A stretch of DNA of 50,916 nucleotides from a virus (lineage: Duplodnaviria > Caudoviricetes): the IMG/VR virus record IMGVR_UViG_3300021420_000008, positions 1 through 50,916 of that record, one strand, 5' to 3'. Below are positions 25,348-34,225 of this stretch, one piece after another. A program made the translations under genes and the position numbers. How positions within the stretch are numbered: the first letter of the stretch is position 1; each line of letters opens with the position of its first letter. The notes beneath the pieces were generated by a model, which searched no databases, was not told the origin of the DNA, and saw only the letters and a list, made by a program, of their open reading frames with translations.

Positions 25348-25470
25348 TCAGTGATCAAAAATGATCGGATCAGGTTGAGCGGAACTACCAGTACCACCGG
25401 TAACTTCCTGGAGCTGCTCTGGTTCCAACTCGACCAGTTCTACCACCTCGACGACTTGTACATCGTTCAT
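25348..25470 (-). CDS. 40-aa double-glycine-leader precursor peptide (not in ORF track)
   Basis: MNDVQVVEVVELVELEPEQLQEVTGG|TGSSAQPDPIIFDH; AAGGAG RBS 9 nt upstream; GC hairpin at 25322-25341 just downstream. Confidence 0.7.
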   Translation of the reverse strand: MNDVQVVEVVELVELEPEQLQEVTGGTGSSAQPDPIIFDH

Positions 25471-25545
25471 GATGTGGTTCTCCTTCAACGCCCTGTGTTG
25501 CCCTGCACCGGAGCGGGCGGATCCGGGGCAGGTCGATCGACTGAG

Positions 25546-26739
25546 TCATGGCTGATTCCCGGTGGGCTTGCGTCGTTTGTGCCAGTCGTGTAATTGAGCG
25601 GCTGTTTGCGGGCTTTCCTCCAGCTCGTGCTCGAAGGCCAAGGCGGCGCGAGCAGCATCAAACTCAACCGTCTTGCGGTCTGCAACTCGCACAACCCCTT
25701 CTAATGCAGATCGCAACTGTTCGATCTTTGCATCCTTCTCCCTCACCAACCTGTCGTGGATCTCGCGGGGGATGGCGTCGGCTAACTTCTCGCGCAGTTC
25801 ATCGCGATCGTGCAGCAATGCTTCGGCCCATTCGTTCGGCGAGCGGGCTTCATTATCGCGTGTCCAGCCGCTTGCGCAGATCGAGCCAATGTCGCGCCAT
25901 TGTTCCTCAAGCTCCGCGATCTTCCCAAGCAAGACGGTGTAATGCGGCTCCGGGCCCTTGCCGGCTAGCGGTTGAGAGCCAACCTGCTGGGGGTCGTCAA
26001 TCTGGTGCTCATCTCCAGATAGCTCACTGGCCCCCAGCAAGCCCCGAGTTTCCTCGGGCTGCCGCGTCTCTCGACCGGCATTTTCTTGATTCGATGAGGC
26101 TGGCGGTTGAGGGGCGGCGTACAGCGGCTGCCACTTGCACGGCATACTGGGCGGCTCAATCGTGCTTGGATCATAGCTGCTATATGTAGTTGCGCCGTAA
26201 TTTCCGCAATAGCGCCACGCTACCGGCTTCGTGTCCGGGGAAGGTTGAGGGACGGCGTCAAATAGATACCTGCGGCTAACTGCGGCCGGATTCTCCGGTT
26301 CGCTGGCATAGCCCAGGTGCTCATTACCGTTAGCGAACTTCTCGATGTAGGCCACCGCCTTCGCCTCCTTGATCTGTGCCAGAGCGCGCTCATCTGGCGG
26401 TGTGCTGTGAAATTCGCAAGCCCTACGTAACCGCTCAATCTCCGCATCCTTCTCCGCGATCAGCACGGCGGCGGAGGGAGGGACGGCGTATATGGCAGTT
26501 GTAGGATTTAGTCTGCTACCGTGTCTGAACATTAAAACGCTAATCGACAGACAATCTGGATCTTTCAATTTGTCAAATTCTGATGTTAGAGCGTGTGCCA
26601 CCGGCTCCGGCTGCTGCGCAAGGGCGGCGTCGATGCGGGCTATTAGCTCGGCATCCGGCTTGCTCCCGACGCCAACGAACACATAGCTATCGAGCCTGTC
26701 GCGCGCCTTCCGCAGCAGTTCGCGCAATGGGTCAGTCAT
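25546..26739 (-). CDS. mosaic early protein (Ead/DUF551-like modules)
   Basis: Repeated EPVA/PVAW..PLYAAPQP modules and coiled coils. Confidence 0.55.
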   Translation of the reverse strand: MTDPLRELLRKARDRLDSYVFVGVGSKPDAELIARIDAALAQQPEPVAHALTSEFDKLKDPDCLSISVLMFRHGSRLNPTTAIYAVPPSAAVLIAEKDAEIERLRRACEFHSTPPDERALAQIKEAKAVAYIEKFANGNEHLGYASEPENPAAVSRRYLFDAVPQPSPDTKPVAWRYCGNYGATTYSSYDPSTIEPPSMPCKWQPLYAAPQPPASSNQENAGRETRQPEETRGLLGASELSGDEHQIDDPQQVGSQPLAGKGPEPHYTVLLGKIAELEEQWRDIGSICASGWTRDNEARSPNEWAEALLHDRDELREKLADAIPREIHDRLVREKDAKIEQLRSALEGVVRVADRKTVEFDAARAALAFEHELEESPQTAAQLHDWHKRRKPTGNQP

Positions 26740-26899
26740 GGCTCACTCTCTCAACGCTGTACACAGCGCAAGGACATCTTGGGATCAGACATCCAGTTTT
26801 ATCGTGATTCCAGTGAGGGTGATGGCATCTGCCGCAGCCGTAACCTTTGCCATATCGCCATCGGTTAAACGCGTAGTACAGGCAATTGAATAGGCTCAC
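26732..26899 (-). CDS. 55-aa Cys/His-rich protein (not in ORF track)
   Basis: MSLFNCLYYAFNRWRYGKGYGCGRCHHPHWNHDKTGCLIPRCPCAVYSVERVSHD; overlaps both neighbours. Confidence 0.5.
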   Translation of the reverse strand: MSLFNCLYYAFNRWRYGKGYGCGRCHHPHWNHDKTGCLIPRCPCAVYSVERVSHD

Positions 26900-27306
26900 G
26901 TCCCCTCCCCCAGCTTAGGCGCGGCGGCGAGCATGTATTCGATCATCTGCCTCGTCTGTGTTGCGGTCAGAAGATTTGTGCCAACCGGCCACTGCCGCGC
27001 GTAACCCATTGCATCTGGTTTGCGCCCATCAAAACTGATACCGCAGTCGGGCGCGAAGTCTTTCGGCAGAGGCCAAAGCAAGAAGCGCTCTACCATTTGA
27101 TCTACGAACTGATTGGGGTCGTAGACCTCAGGCGGATTCGACGTAGCGAAAGCGGCTCCGTCATCGTGCACCCACCCGGGCCGCTGGCGGGCGAGGGCGA
27201 TGAGGCGTACAAAGCTGTCGAGTGACATCGCAGCGACATAACCATCAGTCGCGTACACTTCCTCTGTCGCTAGCAGCCTCAGCGCCTCCTCGTGCTCTGG
27301 TGTCAT
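26896..27306 (-). CDS. hypothetical early protein
   Basis: FLLWPLPKDFAPDCGISF..WPVGTNLL; operon-style overlaps. Confidence 0.55.
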   Translation of the reverse strand: MTPEHEEALRLLATEEVYATDGYVAAMSLDSFVRLIALARQRPGWVHDDGAAFATSNPPEVYDPNQFVDQMVERFLLWPLPKDFAPDCGISFDGRKPDAMGYARQWPVGTNLLTATQTRQMIEYMLAAAPKLGEGT

Positions 27307-27533
27307 GATATCCCCAGCTCCTTCTCCAGCTCCTCGAAGCTCGGTACGGCAGCCTTGACCTTCTTGCGCTTCGCCGAGTCACTCGCCTGCGCTGCGGCGG
27401 CTCGCCCCTCGCGGAGGATGGCGGTGGACTGCTTTAACTCCTCCACCGTCAGCGTCCCGTCCAGGGCTTTGGCCCTCCAAACGGCTACTTGAGCTTGCAC
27501 TTCAGGTGTCATGGTGCTACCTTCCATAACCAA
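27303..27533 (-). CDS. hypothetical protein
   Basis: Helical small ORF; probable start at MTPEVQ. Confidence 0.5.
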   Translation of the reverse strand: MVMEGSTMTPEVQAQVAVWRAKALDGTLTVEELKQSTAILREGRAAAAQASDSAKRKKVKAAVPSFEELEKELGIS

Positions 27534-27685
27534 GTAATAGTGCCCGCTATCATTAACAAGAATCCTGTCAGCAGGCAGAACACACCGATGTTGCAGATCC
27601 AGTCAGGAATAACTAGCTGACTGCTCAGATCGAGTTCCATGACTGTATAGCCTACCAAGAAGAGGGAGAGTCCCACAGCCATCAT
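27509..27685 (-). CDS. 58-aa two-TM membrane protein
   Basis: ATG 27685 overlaps the upstream stop; two hydrophobic helices. Confidence 0.5.
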   Translation of the reverse strand: MMAVGLSLFLVGYTVMELDLSSQLVIPDWICNIGVFCLLTGFLLMIAGTITWLWKVAP

Positions 27686-27960
27686 TCCGAGGTGACCTCC
27701 TCGAACCGCTGCTTCAGGGCCTGAATCATCCCCTTCGGCCCGCGGACGAAAAAGCCGAGAGGGAAGCCGTAAGGGGAGAGATCGAGCGTAGCCTGGTCGA
27801 AGTACTCGCGGATGCGCTCCAGGATGAACTGCTGCCACGCTCCTTGTGGCACTCTGCGTTCTGCGTCGCTCCACAAGAGCAGCTCCACTCGCTGCTTCTC
27901 CGCCGCAGGCACAGTTACGTGAATGTGCTCCAACGGAACAGGTGATGGTCTCCGTGGCAT
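27682..27960 (-). CDS. putative ribbon-helix-helix DNA-binding protein
   Basis: N-terminal alternating strand HIHVTV followed by two helices. Confidence 0.4.
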   Translation of the reverse strand: MPRRPSPVPLEHIHVTVPAAEKQRVELLLWSDAERRVPQGAWQQFILERIREYFDQATLDLSPYGFPLGFFVRGPKGMIQALKQRFEEVTSE

Positions 27961-28244
27961 CAGCCCAGCTCCTTCCCCTCACCTATGGCCCTGGCCTTCA
28001 TCAGCATCCGTTGCGAATCTCGCCAGAGCTGCTTGAGCGCCTCCTCCATTCGCTCTGGCCAAGGCGGCTGCTCCGTCATCACGCCGATGACCTTGAATCC
28101 GCCTTCCTTGAGTGCTACGCAGCAGAAGAACTTACACTCCCCGCTCTCAACGATTTCGACGAGCTGCTGGACCTGAGAGCGAGCGTGCTCTTTCCGCACT
28201 TCTTCTGTCGCACCTGCGTAGAATGATTCTTCGGCTTCGGCCAT
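27960..28244 (-). CDS. hypothetical protein
   Basis: First ORF after the promoter at 28288-28316. Confidence 0.5.
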   Translation of the reverse strand: MAEAEESFYAGATEEVRKEHARSQVQQLVEIVESGECKFFCCVALKEGGFKVIGVMTEQPPWPERMEEALKQLWRDSQRMLMKARAIGEGKELG

Positions 28245-28287
28245 AGAGCCTCGTTAGGTGGACTGGTGAGGACGGGCAAACGTGAAC

Positions 28288-28316
28288 ATGATACGTCCAC
28301 GTGGCCCAGTTGTCAA
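28288..28316 (-). promoter_or_regulatory. sigma70-type promoter TTGACA-N17-TATCAT
   Basis: Perfect -35, 17-nt spacer, intergenic. Confidence 0.8.
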
Positions 28317-28335
28317 TACCATGAATCCGTAAACT

Positions 28336-28524
28336 TCAATCCCCTTCCTCTCCGTCCTCTTCCTCCTCTTCCTCCTCATCTGGATCCGTCTGCAGCTCAA
28401 TCACCTCCGATCCGTAAACGGCTCCTGTGATGGGCCGCAGATCATCGGCGTCTGCGTCATAGGCCTTTACGGATGAGAGTGCAGGATAGCGAGAGAGAAG
28501 GGCGATCAATTCCGCTGCGGTCAT
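28336..28524 (-). CDS. small protein with acidic C-terminal tail
   Basis: AAGGAG RBS; poly-Glu C-terminus. Confidence 0.55.
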   Translation of the reverse strand: MTAAELIALLSRYPALSSVKAYDADADDLRPITGAVYGSEVIELQTDPDEEEEEEEDGEEGD

Positions 28525-28541
28525 CTTGGCGACTCCTTGGG

Positions 28542-28573
28542 AAAAAATCCCCCTGGGCCTTTGTGCCAGGGGG
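28542..28573 (-). terminator. Rho-independent terminator
   Basis: CCCCCTGG-N9-CCAGGGGG followed by ATTTTTT on the minus strand, after ORF 28603..29364. Confidence 0.8.
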
Positions 28574-28602
28574 TAGCTCTCAGGAAGAGCTAAGGGGATT
28601 CC

Positions 28603-29364
28603 TCAGACCTGCAGCCCAGCTGCCAGCTCCGCATCGGCGTCGATCTTCGTGGCCTTGGCTGCCTTCTCCTCCTCCATCCGCCGGACGATCTGGCCGACCT
28701 TGGACTTGGGATTGCGGAACGAGGCGTAGAGTGCGGCGCGGCTCAGGGATTCCCCCTTGGCTTTGGCGGCGTCGAGCTTGCCCTGCAGGTAGGCCTTGAT
28801 CTCCTGCATCGTCTTGCCGCTGGCCTCCATGAGGGCCTTGATCACGACGGAGGCGCCGCCAAAGCTCTCTCCTGGCTCCCTCGTGCTCCACGAGCCTGCG
28901 TTGAGCTTGTCGATGATTGCATCCACAGCGACTACCATGTCATCGACATCCTCTTCCCCTGCGGTCTCGTCCCCGATCTTCTGACTCGCCCCGTGCCCGA
29001 TGAAGCGGATCAAAAGGGAGTCGGGCGGCGAGAACTCCCTCGTTTCTCCGTTGCGGAAGTCGAACCTGACTTTCGCATACTGATCCCCATCTTGGGGATC
29101 CTCATCGTGCCAGGTTTCGAGATCCTTGCTGTAGAGAACGGTCTTGTTCATCTTCTTCTTCCCGGCGAAGTCGACCTCCCGGCCGTCGCTGAGCTTGATC
29201 TTCACGTACTCCGTGGGGGCGCGTTTCGCCTTCGCCGCCTTGTCGGCCGGAGCCGTCGCTGCGGGAGGGAGAGGATGCTGGGCTCCAGGATGCTGCCCTG
29301 GGGGATGCTTCGCGTTGCCTCCGCTTGCGGCCGCCTGTTCGTGTGCTGCTTGGGGAATGTTCAT
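28603..29364 (-). CDS. hypothetical protein, probable paralog of 34855..35409
   Basis: GAGGAG RBS, strong GC3 codon bias, HGASQKIGDETA motif. Confidence 0.7.
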   Translation of the reverse strand: MNIPQAAHEQAAASGGNAKHPPGQHPGAQHPLPPAATAPADKAAKAKRAPTEYVKIKLSDGREVDFAGKKKMNKTVLYSKDLETWHDEDPQDGDQYAKVRFDFRNGETREFSPPDSLLIRFIGHGASQKIGDETAGEEDVDDMVVAVDAIIDKLNAGSWSTREPGESFGGASVVIKALMEASGKTMQEIKAYLQGKLDAAKAKGESLSRAALYASFRNPKSKVGQIVRRMEEEKAAKATKIDADAELAAGLQV

Positions 29365-29380
29365 GTTGCTGTGCTCCTCA

Positions 29381-29677
29381 TCATTGAGTGACGTCTTCTG
29401 GGCGCGTCACGGATTCCGCAGCTTGCTGCCCCTCATTCAGGGGCTTCAGACAGGAATCGAACCACTTCTCTATCGGGTCATAACAGTGTGCGCAGCGTAA
29501 CGGTTCTTCAAGACTCCAGAGCCAATCACCGGGCTTGCTATGTGCGTCGTATGCTGTCATTACTCTAACTACTCTGCCGATGTGACACATACAGTTCCCT
29601 GCCCGTCCGTAGGCTCCTGAGAGTCCTGTGAGAGGACTCCCTACTATGATGGCCAAATCATCTGGCTTGCAGTTCAT
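29381..29677 (-). CDS. hypothetical protein (MNCKPDDLAIIV...)
   Basis: AAGGAG RBS before the ATG; downstream of the promoter at 29739-29767. Confidence 0.55.
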   Translation of the reverse strand: MNCKPDDLAIIVGSPLTGLSGAYGRAGNCMCHIGRVVRVMTAYDAHSKPGDWLWSLEEPLRCAHCYDPIEKWFDSCLKPLNEGQQAAESVTRPEDVTQ

Positions 29678-29738
29678 CTTGTTTCTCCTTCGTGCTGCCC
29701 CGCTCCTGCCTCTGGCAGGCGGAGCCCTATCGCGCGCG

Positions 29739-29767
29739 ATTGTCTCACGCCAGGGACCCGAATGCAA
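29739..29767 (-). promoter_or_regulatory. sigma70-type promoter TTGCAT-N17-GACAAT with extended TG
   Basis: Correct spacing; shares upstream AAATGCGGGA with the promoter at 34197-34225. Confidence 0.55.
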
Positions 29768-29812
29768 TCCCGCATTTATGGCAATCGTGGGGACGGTGAC
29801 AGACCCTCATTC

Positions 29813-30022
29813 CTAGCCTTGTGCGAAGTAGGCAGCCTGCTTCGCTCGCTCCATCTCCCTCGCTGCCAGCAGCCCACAGATATTGAGCACGATGCGCTCG
29901 AGGCGAGCGAGTCTGAGATCAATGGATTCTTTCTCCCCAGCTGCTACCCTTGCTGCCATTATAGCAAGATCAGCCTGGAGCATAGACACAAAGTCGGACG
30001 GAGCTTGTCCTGGATTGCTCAT
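29813..30022 (-). CDS. hypothetical protein
   Basis: GGAGG RBS, ATGA overlap. Confidence 0.5.
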   Translation of the reverse strand: MSNPGQAPSDFVSMLQADLAIMAARVAAGEKESIDLRLARLERIVLNICGLLAAREMERAKQAAYFAQG

Positions 30023-30372
30023 TTATCCTCCCTGTAATCAGTTTGATCGCAGATCCCCCAAAGCGCCTCGACATCAAAGTGAGGGCCAAACACTCGCCGC
30101 CCGCGCCACTTGAACGCTTCCCTCGCCCTGTGCTCCATTGAGGTGATGCAGAGCTTGAAACAGGTCTGCACGATCTCGCTCTGGGTCATCTCCGGCGATA
30201 AGCGCCACTGGCGGGTGTACTGCAGTGTCGGCTTGCGGCTGAAGGTGTCGGGGTCCATGTAAACTGCGGAGAGCATGATCCCCCCGTGCGCTTCGCGCAC
30301 ATGAAAGTGATAGGTCGAGTGCGGGTCGAACTCGCACTGCTTCACCACCTCCCGCATTTCCTCAAGAGTCAA
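30019..30372 (-). CDS. hypothetical protein
   Basis: SEIVQTCFK..MEHRAREAFKWRGRRVFGPHFDV motif. Confidence 0.6.
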   Translation of the reverse strand: MTLEEMREVVKQCEFDPHSTYHFHVREAHGGIMLSAVYMDPDTFSRKPTLQYTRQWRLSPEMTQSEIVQTCFKLCITSMEHRAREAFKWRGRRVFGPHFDVEALWGICDQTDYREDK

Positions 30373-30550
30373 GGGTTCCCTCCGTCAGTTCGAACTCTAC
30401 TGTGATCTTGCTGATTGCTCTGTTTATCGGGCCAGAGTTCAGCTGAATGACCTTCGGTCCTCCCTGCCATGAAACATCAACCTGCATTGCTTGTCCTCGT
30501 GGCTCGATGGCAAAGCCTGGAGGTGCAAACCAAGTGAGCTTGAGGGTCAT
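30362..30550 (-). CDS. hypothetical protein
   Basis: Packed in the operon. Confidence 0.45.
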   Translation of the reverse strand: MTLKLTWFAPPGFAIEPRGQAMQVDVSWQGGPKVIQLNSGPINRAISKITVEFELTEGTLDS

Positions 30551-30770
30551 CGCCTAGCGCTCCCTCTGCATCCATTCCAGCGCAATCAGCATCCCCACAA
30601 TTGCGCGGAGGTACAGCTCCCTTCGGGGTGACAGGCGGAGGAAGTCGACCTGCTTCGAAACCGCCTCCCCTGCGGCATCCACTTCCGTCTGCTCCAGCTC
30701 GCCATTCTTCCCTTCATGTACGAGGGAGAAGTAATATTCTCCGTCTACGATCATGCATCGGCTTGCCATC

Positions 30771-31010
30771 TCACTTCCCCCAGTTGAGTGCAATCTCTTC
30801 GGTCGCCCAGCGGCCAAAGATGTGCATAGCAGGTCTGCCTCTGATATCTGGACGCCCAAGGATGCGCTTGCATTCATCCAGCTCCAGCCCTGTCGCCTGC
30901 ACGAAGTGAGTGTATTCGAGGATCTTGCCCAGCTCGCTGGGAGTGGGCGGTTTGCCGTACTTCAGCTCCATCTCTGGATCTCCGTCGCTGTCGAGAATGA
31001 AGAGGCTCAT
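30771..31010 (-). CDS. hypothetical protein
   Basis: Packed in the operon. Confidence 0.45.
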   Translation of the reverse strand: MSLFILDSDGDPEMELKYGKPPTPSELGKILEYTHFVQATGLELDECKRILGRPDIRGRPAMHIFGRWATEEIALNWGK

Positions 31011-31013
31011 CGC

Positions 31014-31127
31014 TTAGATCCCCCACAAGTGAAAGTACCAGAGGAGAAACTTACCTACAGGTGGCGTGACCAGGATGACGAAGAGGATGATTCCGATTGT
31101 GATTGCTGCTCCTTTCAGGTAGTTCAT
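31014..31127 (-). CDS. 37-aa membrane peptide (not in ORF track)
   Basis: MNYLKGAAITIGIILFVILVTPPVGKFLLWYFHLWGI exactly fills the gap between two genes. Confidence 0.55.
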   Translation of the reverse strand: MNYLKGAAITIGIILFVILVTPPVGKFLLWYFHLWGI

Positions 31128-31130
31128 CAC

Positions 31131-31475
31131 TTAGCGCTCCTTGACTTCGAGGGCCTTCATCAGCTGCTCCAGCATGTGCTCGATGTGAGCGATGCGCTGG
31201 ACGAACCCAGGTATCGCTCGAGGCGCTGGAGGCGTCGCAGAATCGCTCTCAGATCCTCCATTCAGTGAAGCGTATTGTGCATATCCCACCTTGCGAATTT
31301 CTTTATCTGTTGCCATTCTGATAAGTAGCTGCCTAAGCAGGGGCGGACTTGGTTGCAGCTTCGCTATTTCTGCTCTGCTTGCCAGTTCCGCTGTAGTCTT
31401 TATCCCCTCATTGAGTGCTACTCGAATCGCTTGTCTCAGCTGCGCTCTTTTTACCGCTGTTGGCCGACGCTTCAT
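31131..31475 (-). CDS. putative winged-helix DNA-binding protein
   Basis: GAGGAGG RBS; TTAELA..LRQLLIRMATDKEIRKVGYAQY pattern. Confidence 0.45.
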   Translation of the reverse strand: MKRRPTAVKRAQLRQAIRVALNEGIKTTAELASRAEIAKLQPSPPLLRQLLIRMATDKEIRKVGYAQYASLNGGSESDSATPPAPRAIPGFVQRIAHIEHMLEQLMKALEVKER

Positions 31476-31952
31476 TCCTCCTCTCCCAGCCCATGCCTCG
31501 GGTGCCGATGCCACCAAGAGTCAACGTGCCACTTCCTCTTCTCGCTATCGTATTGCATCGTCTGCGTTCCGTGCAGCACATTTGCGTCGAAGACCTCGCA
31601 GTGCACGATCTTGCGGCCGAAATGCTGGAGCTGCAGGTGATGATAGGCGTTGCGCATCATCGTGTGCGGGTACTTGCCTGCGGTGGTTTTGATGGCCTTC
31701 GCTCCGTTGCCTGTCCCATTATAGTACCTGGCCTTTACTGGCCTCGAATCTTCATCCTTCTGTTTTCTGCTCATGATATCGGCCACTCCTTCTCTCTGCA
31801 TCGCACTCGCCTCTTGTGAACCCCCGCCGCAAGGCGGAGCATTTCCTCCTTCCTGTGGGGCAGCACTTCAGCGAGCGTCAAGAGGTCCTCGACCTGCGCA
31901 GCCCTACACCTGTGGTGCTCACACCAGGCTTTGACCCAGAGCCTGTGGCTCA

Positions 31953-32321
31953 TCAGTCCGCTGCTCCTAGCTTGTCATCATCGAAGACCGAAAACTGCGC
32001 CTCCTCCCGCTCCGCTGCCCCTTCCTCGCATCCTTGTTCATTGAGCTTCGTGAAGGCTTCGTCATTCATCAGCGCAATGAAGAGCGGCGGTAATTCGAGC
32101 TTCTCGGGCAGCTCTGGACTGTATTGCTTGCGGAGTTCGGGAGGCAGCAACAGCTTAACCGTGTCTCCCTCAAACTCAGGCGGTTCCTCCGGCCAGCCGG
32201 GATCGCCGTTTCGCAGATAATTGACCTGCGGTGCGCCGGGCGAATAGCGGCCTGTGATCTCAACTTCTCTCTCACCAAGGCAGCCGAAGTCGAGCGTTGT
32301 TCTAAAGGTGATCTGTGTCAT
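31953..32321 (-). CDS. hypothetical acidic protein
   Basis: GGAGG RBS before MTQITF; GDPGWPEEPPE motif. Confidence 0.5.
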   Translation of the reverse strand: MTQITFRTTLDFGCLGEREVEITGRYSPGAPQVNYLRNGDPGWPEEPPEFEGDTVKLLLPPELRKQYSPELPEKLELPPLFIALMNDEAFTKLNEQGCEEGAAEREEAQFSVFDDDKLGAAD

Positions 32322-32358
32322 TGCTATCCTCCGATTCAGGGACGCCAGCCAGGGGCCC

Positions 32359-32787
32359 CTACCCCTGGACTTCGACGATCTCGCCTTCCCGCCAGGCTTG
32401 AGCGAGCGGCCAGCTTGCTGCTCCGAGGCATTCAGCACAGAAATTGGTGCTGTAGCACCTCACGTAGGTCACCGAGCCCTTGAGGAGTTCGGGCAGTGGC
32501 GCCACAGTGCATGCAAGCCAATGCTTCGTGCCCGACGGATGATCGTCGGGCTTCAGCCACTCCCTCTCCTCATAGAGCCCGTCGAAGTGGCGGGAGGTTG
32601 CATGGCATCTGAGGCAGAGATGCTCCTCCCACCAGCCAGCGAAGCGGACGAAGCGACTCTCTGATTCCAAGGGAGTGTGATGCTGCGTCCTCAGGGGGTA
32701 GGCTGGTCCTTCGACCTTGGCCTTTGCCTTGGGCGCCGGGAGGTGCTGCAGTGCATCTTCGAGAAGTGCGTCGAGGTCTTCAGCCAT
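32359..32787 (-). CDS. hypothetical protein with two CxxC motifs
   Basis: CLRC...CAEC. Confidence 0.55.
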   Translation of the reverse strand: MAEDLDALLEDALQHLPAPKAKAKVEGPAYPLRTQHHTPLESESRFVRFAGWWEEHLCLRCHATSRHFDGLYEEREWLKPDDHPSGTKHWLACTVAPLPELLKGSVTYVRCYSTNFCAECLGAASWPLAQAWREGEIVEVQG

Positions 32788-32944
32788 TTATTGCTCCCTC
32801 CGGCTCCTCTCCGAGCGCCAGAATCCGCTCCGCTGCCAGATCCAGCACCCTGCGCCAGAACTCTCGCTCCGTCAGCTCCCCTCGCTCGAACTGTTGCTGG
32901 AATTCCAGCAGATTGGTCGCTCCCAATAGACTCATTGTTTCTCC

Positions 32945-33139
32945 TCAGTAGATGTATGCTCTGTACTTCTCCCTGAATTCCGTCGATCCCATCAGCGCGT
33001 TGTCTTTTATCAGTTCTTGTTCATGATGTGCCCGATATTCCTGTGCTGTTGCCCAGCCATCTCGTGGATAGCTCATGAACGCATATCCCTTTATCTTACG
33101 GGCCAGGATCTTCTGCAGCGTTTGCGCGGAGACGTTCAC
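32945..33139 (-). CDS. hypothetical protein
   Basis: GTGA overlap with the upstream gene. Confidence 0.45.
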   Translation of the reverse strand: MNVSAQTLQKILARKIKGYAFMSYPRDGWATAQEYRAHHEQELIKDNALMGSTEFREKYRAYIY

Positions 33140-33432
33140 AGTTCTCCCCTCGCTATGCGATTCTTCAGTTCATAGATCAGCCCCATCGAGTCATCATAGG
33201 CCTTCTTGAGCCTCCCTCTCTCCTGCATGATCTCCACCAGCTCACCCCGTGCTGCTGCAGGAAAGCAAAATGCTTGATATAGACAGTCCTCCGCCTTGTG
33301 CGCGTTGTCGATCCAACAGAAAGCTTCGGCTCCTGATCCTCGCATCTTCGTAACCGTGCCCTCCTTGAGCGAAGTGGGATCAGTAAGCCCTGTTCCGGCT
33401 CCTTCCCATACTATCCTGTCGCCGATCTTCAT
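33136..33432 (-). CDS. hypothetical protein
   Basis: MKIGDRI SH3-like start; AAGGAG RBS. Confidence 0.5.
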   Translation of the reverse strand: MKIGDRIVWEGAGTGLTDPTSLKEGTVTKMRGSGAEAFCWIDNAHKAEDCLYQAFCFPAAARGELVEIMQERGRLKKAYDDSMGLIYELKNRIARGEL

Positions 33433-33956
33433 TCTGTCGTCTCCTTCTCTGATTGATCCTCATCCGGCACCAGTCCCATTAGCTCGATGTCCTCGGGACA
33501 GGTCAGGACTCCCTCACAATAGCGCCATCCTTCAGCGAGGAGCGCATGATAACGCTTGACCTTCGGTCGCTCCGCGGCGGGCTGTTCTCTGAGTCGCTGC
33601 GCTGTGGCTGCAATGCTTTTGGAATCTGCTTCCAGCAACGAGGGCCGTTTCGGCTGCTCGGCGAGCATTCGCTGGAGCTTCTCGAAGCTCTCGTCGGCTC
33701 GCTGTTGCAACTCAGCCGCGGAGATTTCGGCCGGAGCCATCCCTTCCATCGGGACCCAGCCATAAGTCTGCCCTGTCACCACTCGATCTATGGTCTCCTT
33801 GCTCACGCAGTAAGAGAGCGCCACTTCCAGCCGACTCGCGCCTTCCATTACCCGCCTGCGGATCAGCCTCACATCATTTGCGCTGAAGGCCCCACCATGC
33901 TTCCTCGCCCTGTTATGGGGCCGCATTCCAGGCGGCGGATATTTAACGTTGCTCAT
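33429..33956 (-). CDS. HTH DNA-binding protein
   Basis: FSANDVRLIRR..GASRLEVALSYCVSKETIDRVVTGQTYGWV. Confidence 0.65.
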   Translation of the reverse strand: MSNVKYPPPGMRPHNRARKHGGAFSANDVRLIRRRVMEGASRLEVALSYCVSKETIDRVVTGQTYGWVPMEGMAPAEISAAELQQRADESFEKLQRMLAEQPKRPSLLEADSKSIAATAQRLREQPAAERPKVKRYHALLAEGWRYCEGVLTCPEDIELMGLVPDEDQSEKETTE

Positions 33957-34165
33957 TGCGCTGCTCTCTGTGGCAGTGGCCTCTCGCCTTGCAGAAATCC
34001 TTCTTTATCCTCCAGCCAAGTCTCTCTCCTCACTATGCTGGCCACCGTTCCCATCGAAACAGTTATCTCCCCCTGCTCCTCGATGATGCGCCTGATATGC
34101 GAATAGGTCTTCCCGTTCGCGGCCAGCGCTCTGATCCAGCGAACATGGTAAGGTGTGAGTTTCAT
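33953..34165 (-). CDS. HTH DNA-binding protein
   Basis: MKLTPYHVRWIRAL..VSMGTVASIVRRETW; the longer predicted N-terminus overlaps a promoter. Confidence 0.55.
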   Translation of the reverse strand: MKLTPYHVRWIRALAANGKTYSHIRRIIEEQGEITVSMGTVASIVRRETWLEDKEGFLQGERPLPQRAAQ

Positions 34166-34196
34166 TGCTGTGTCCTGCCAAGATCCCAGGTCGAGC

Positions 34197-34225
34197 ATCA
34201 TACCATGCGGTAATGCTCGTAGCAA
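34197..34225 (-). promoter_or_regulatory. sigma70-type promoter TTGCTA-N17-TATGAT with extended TG
   Basis: Correct spacing, upstream of the HTH gene pair. Confidence 0.65.
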
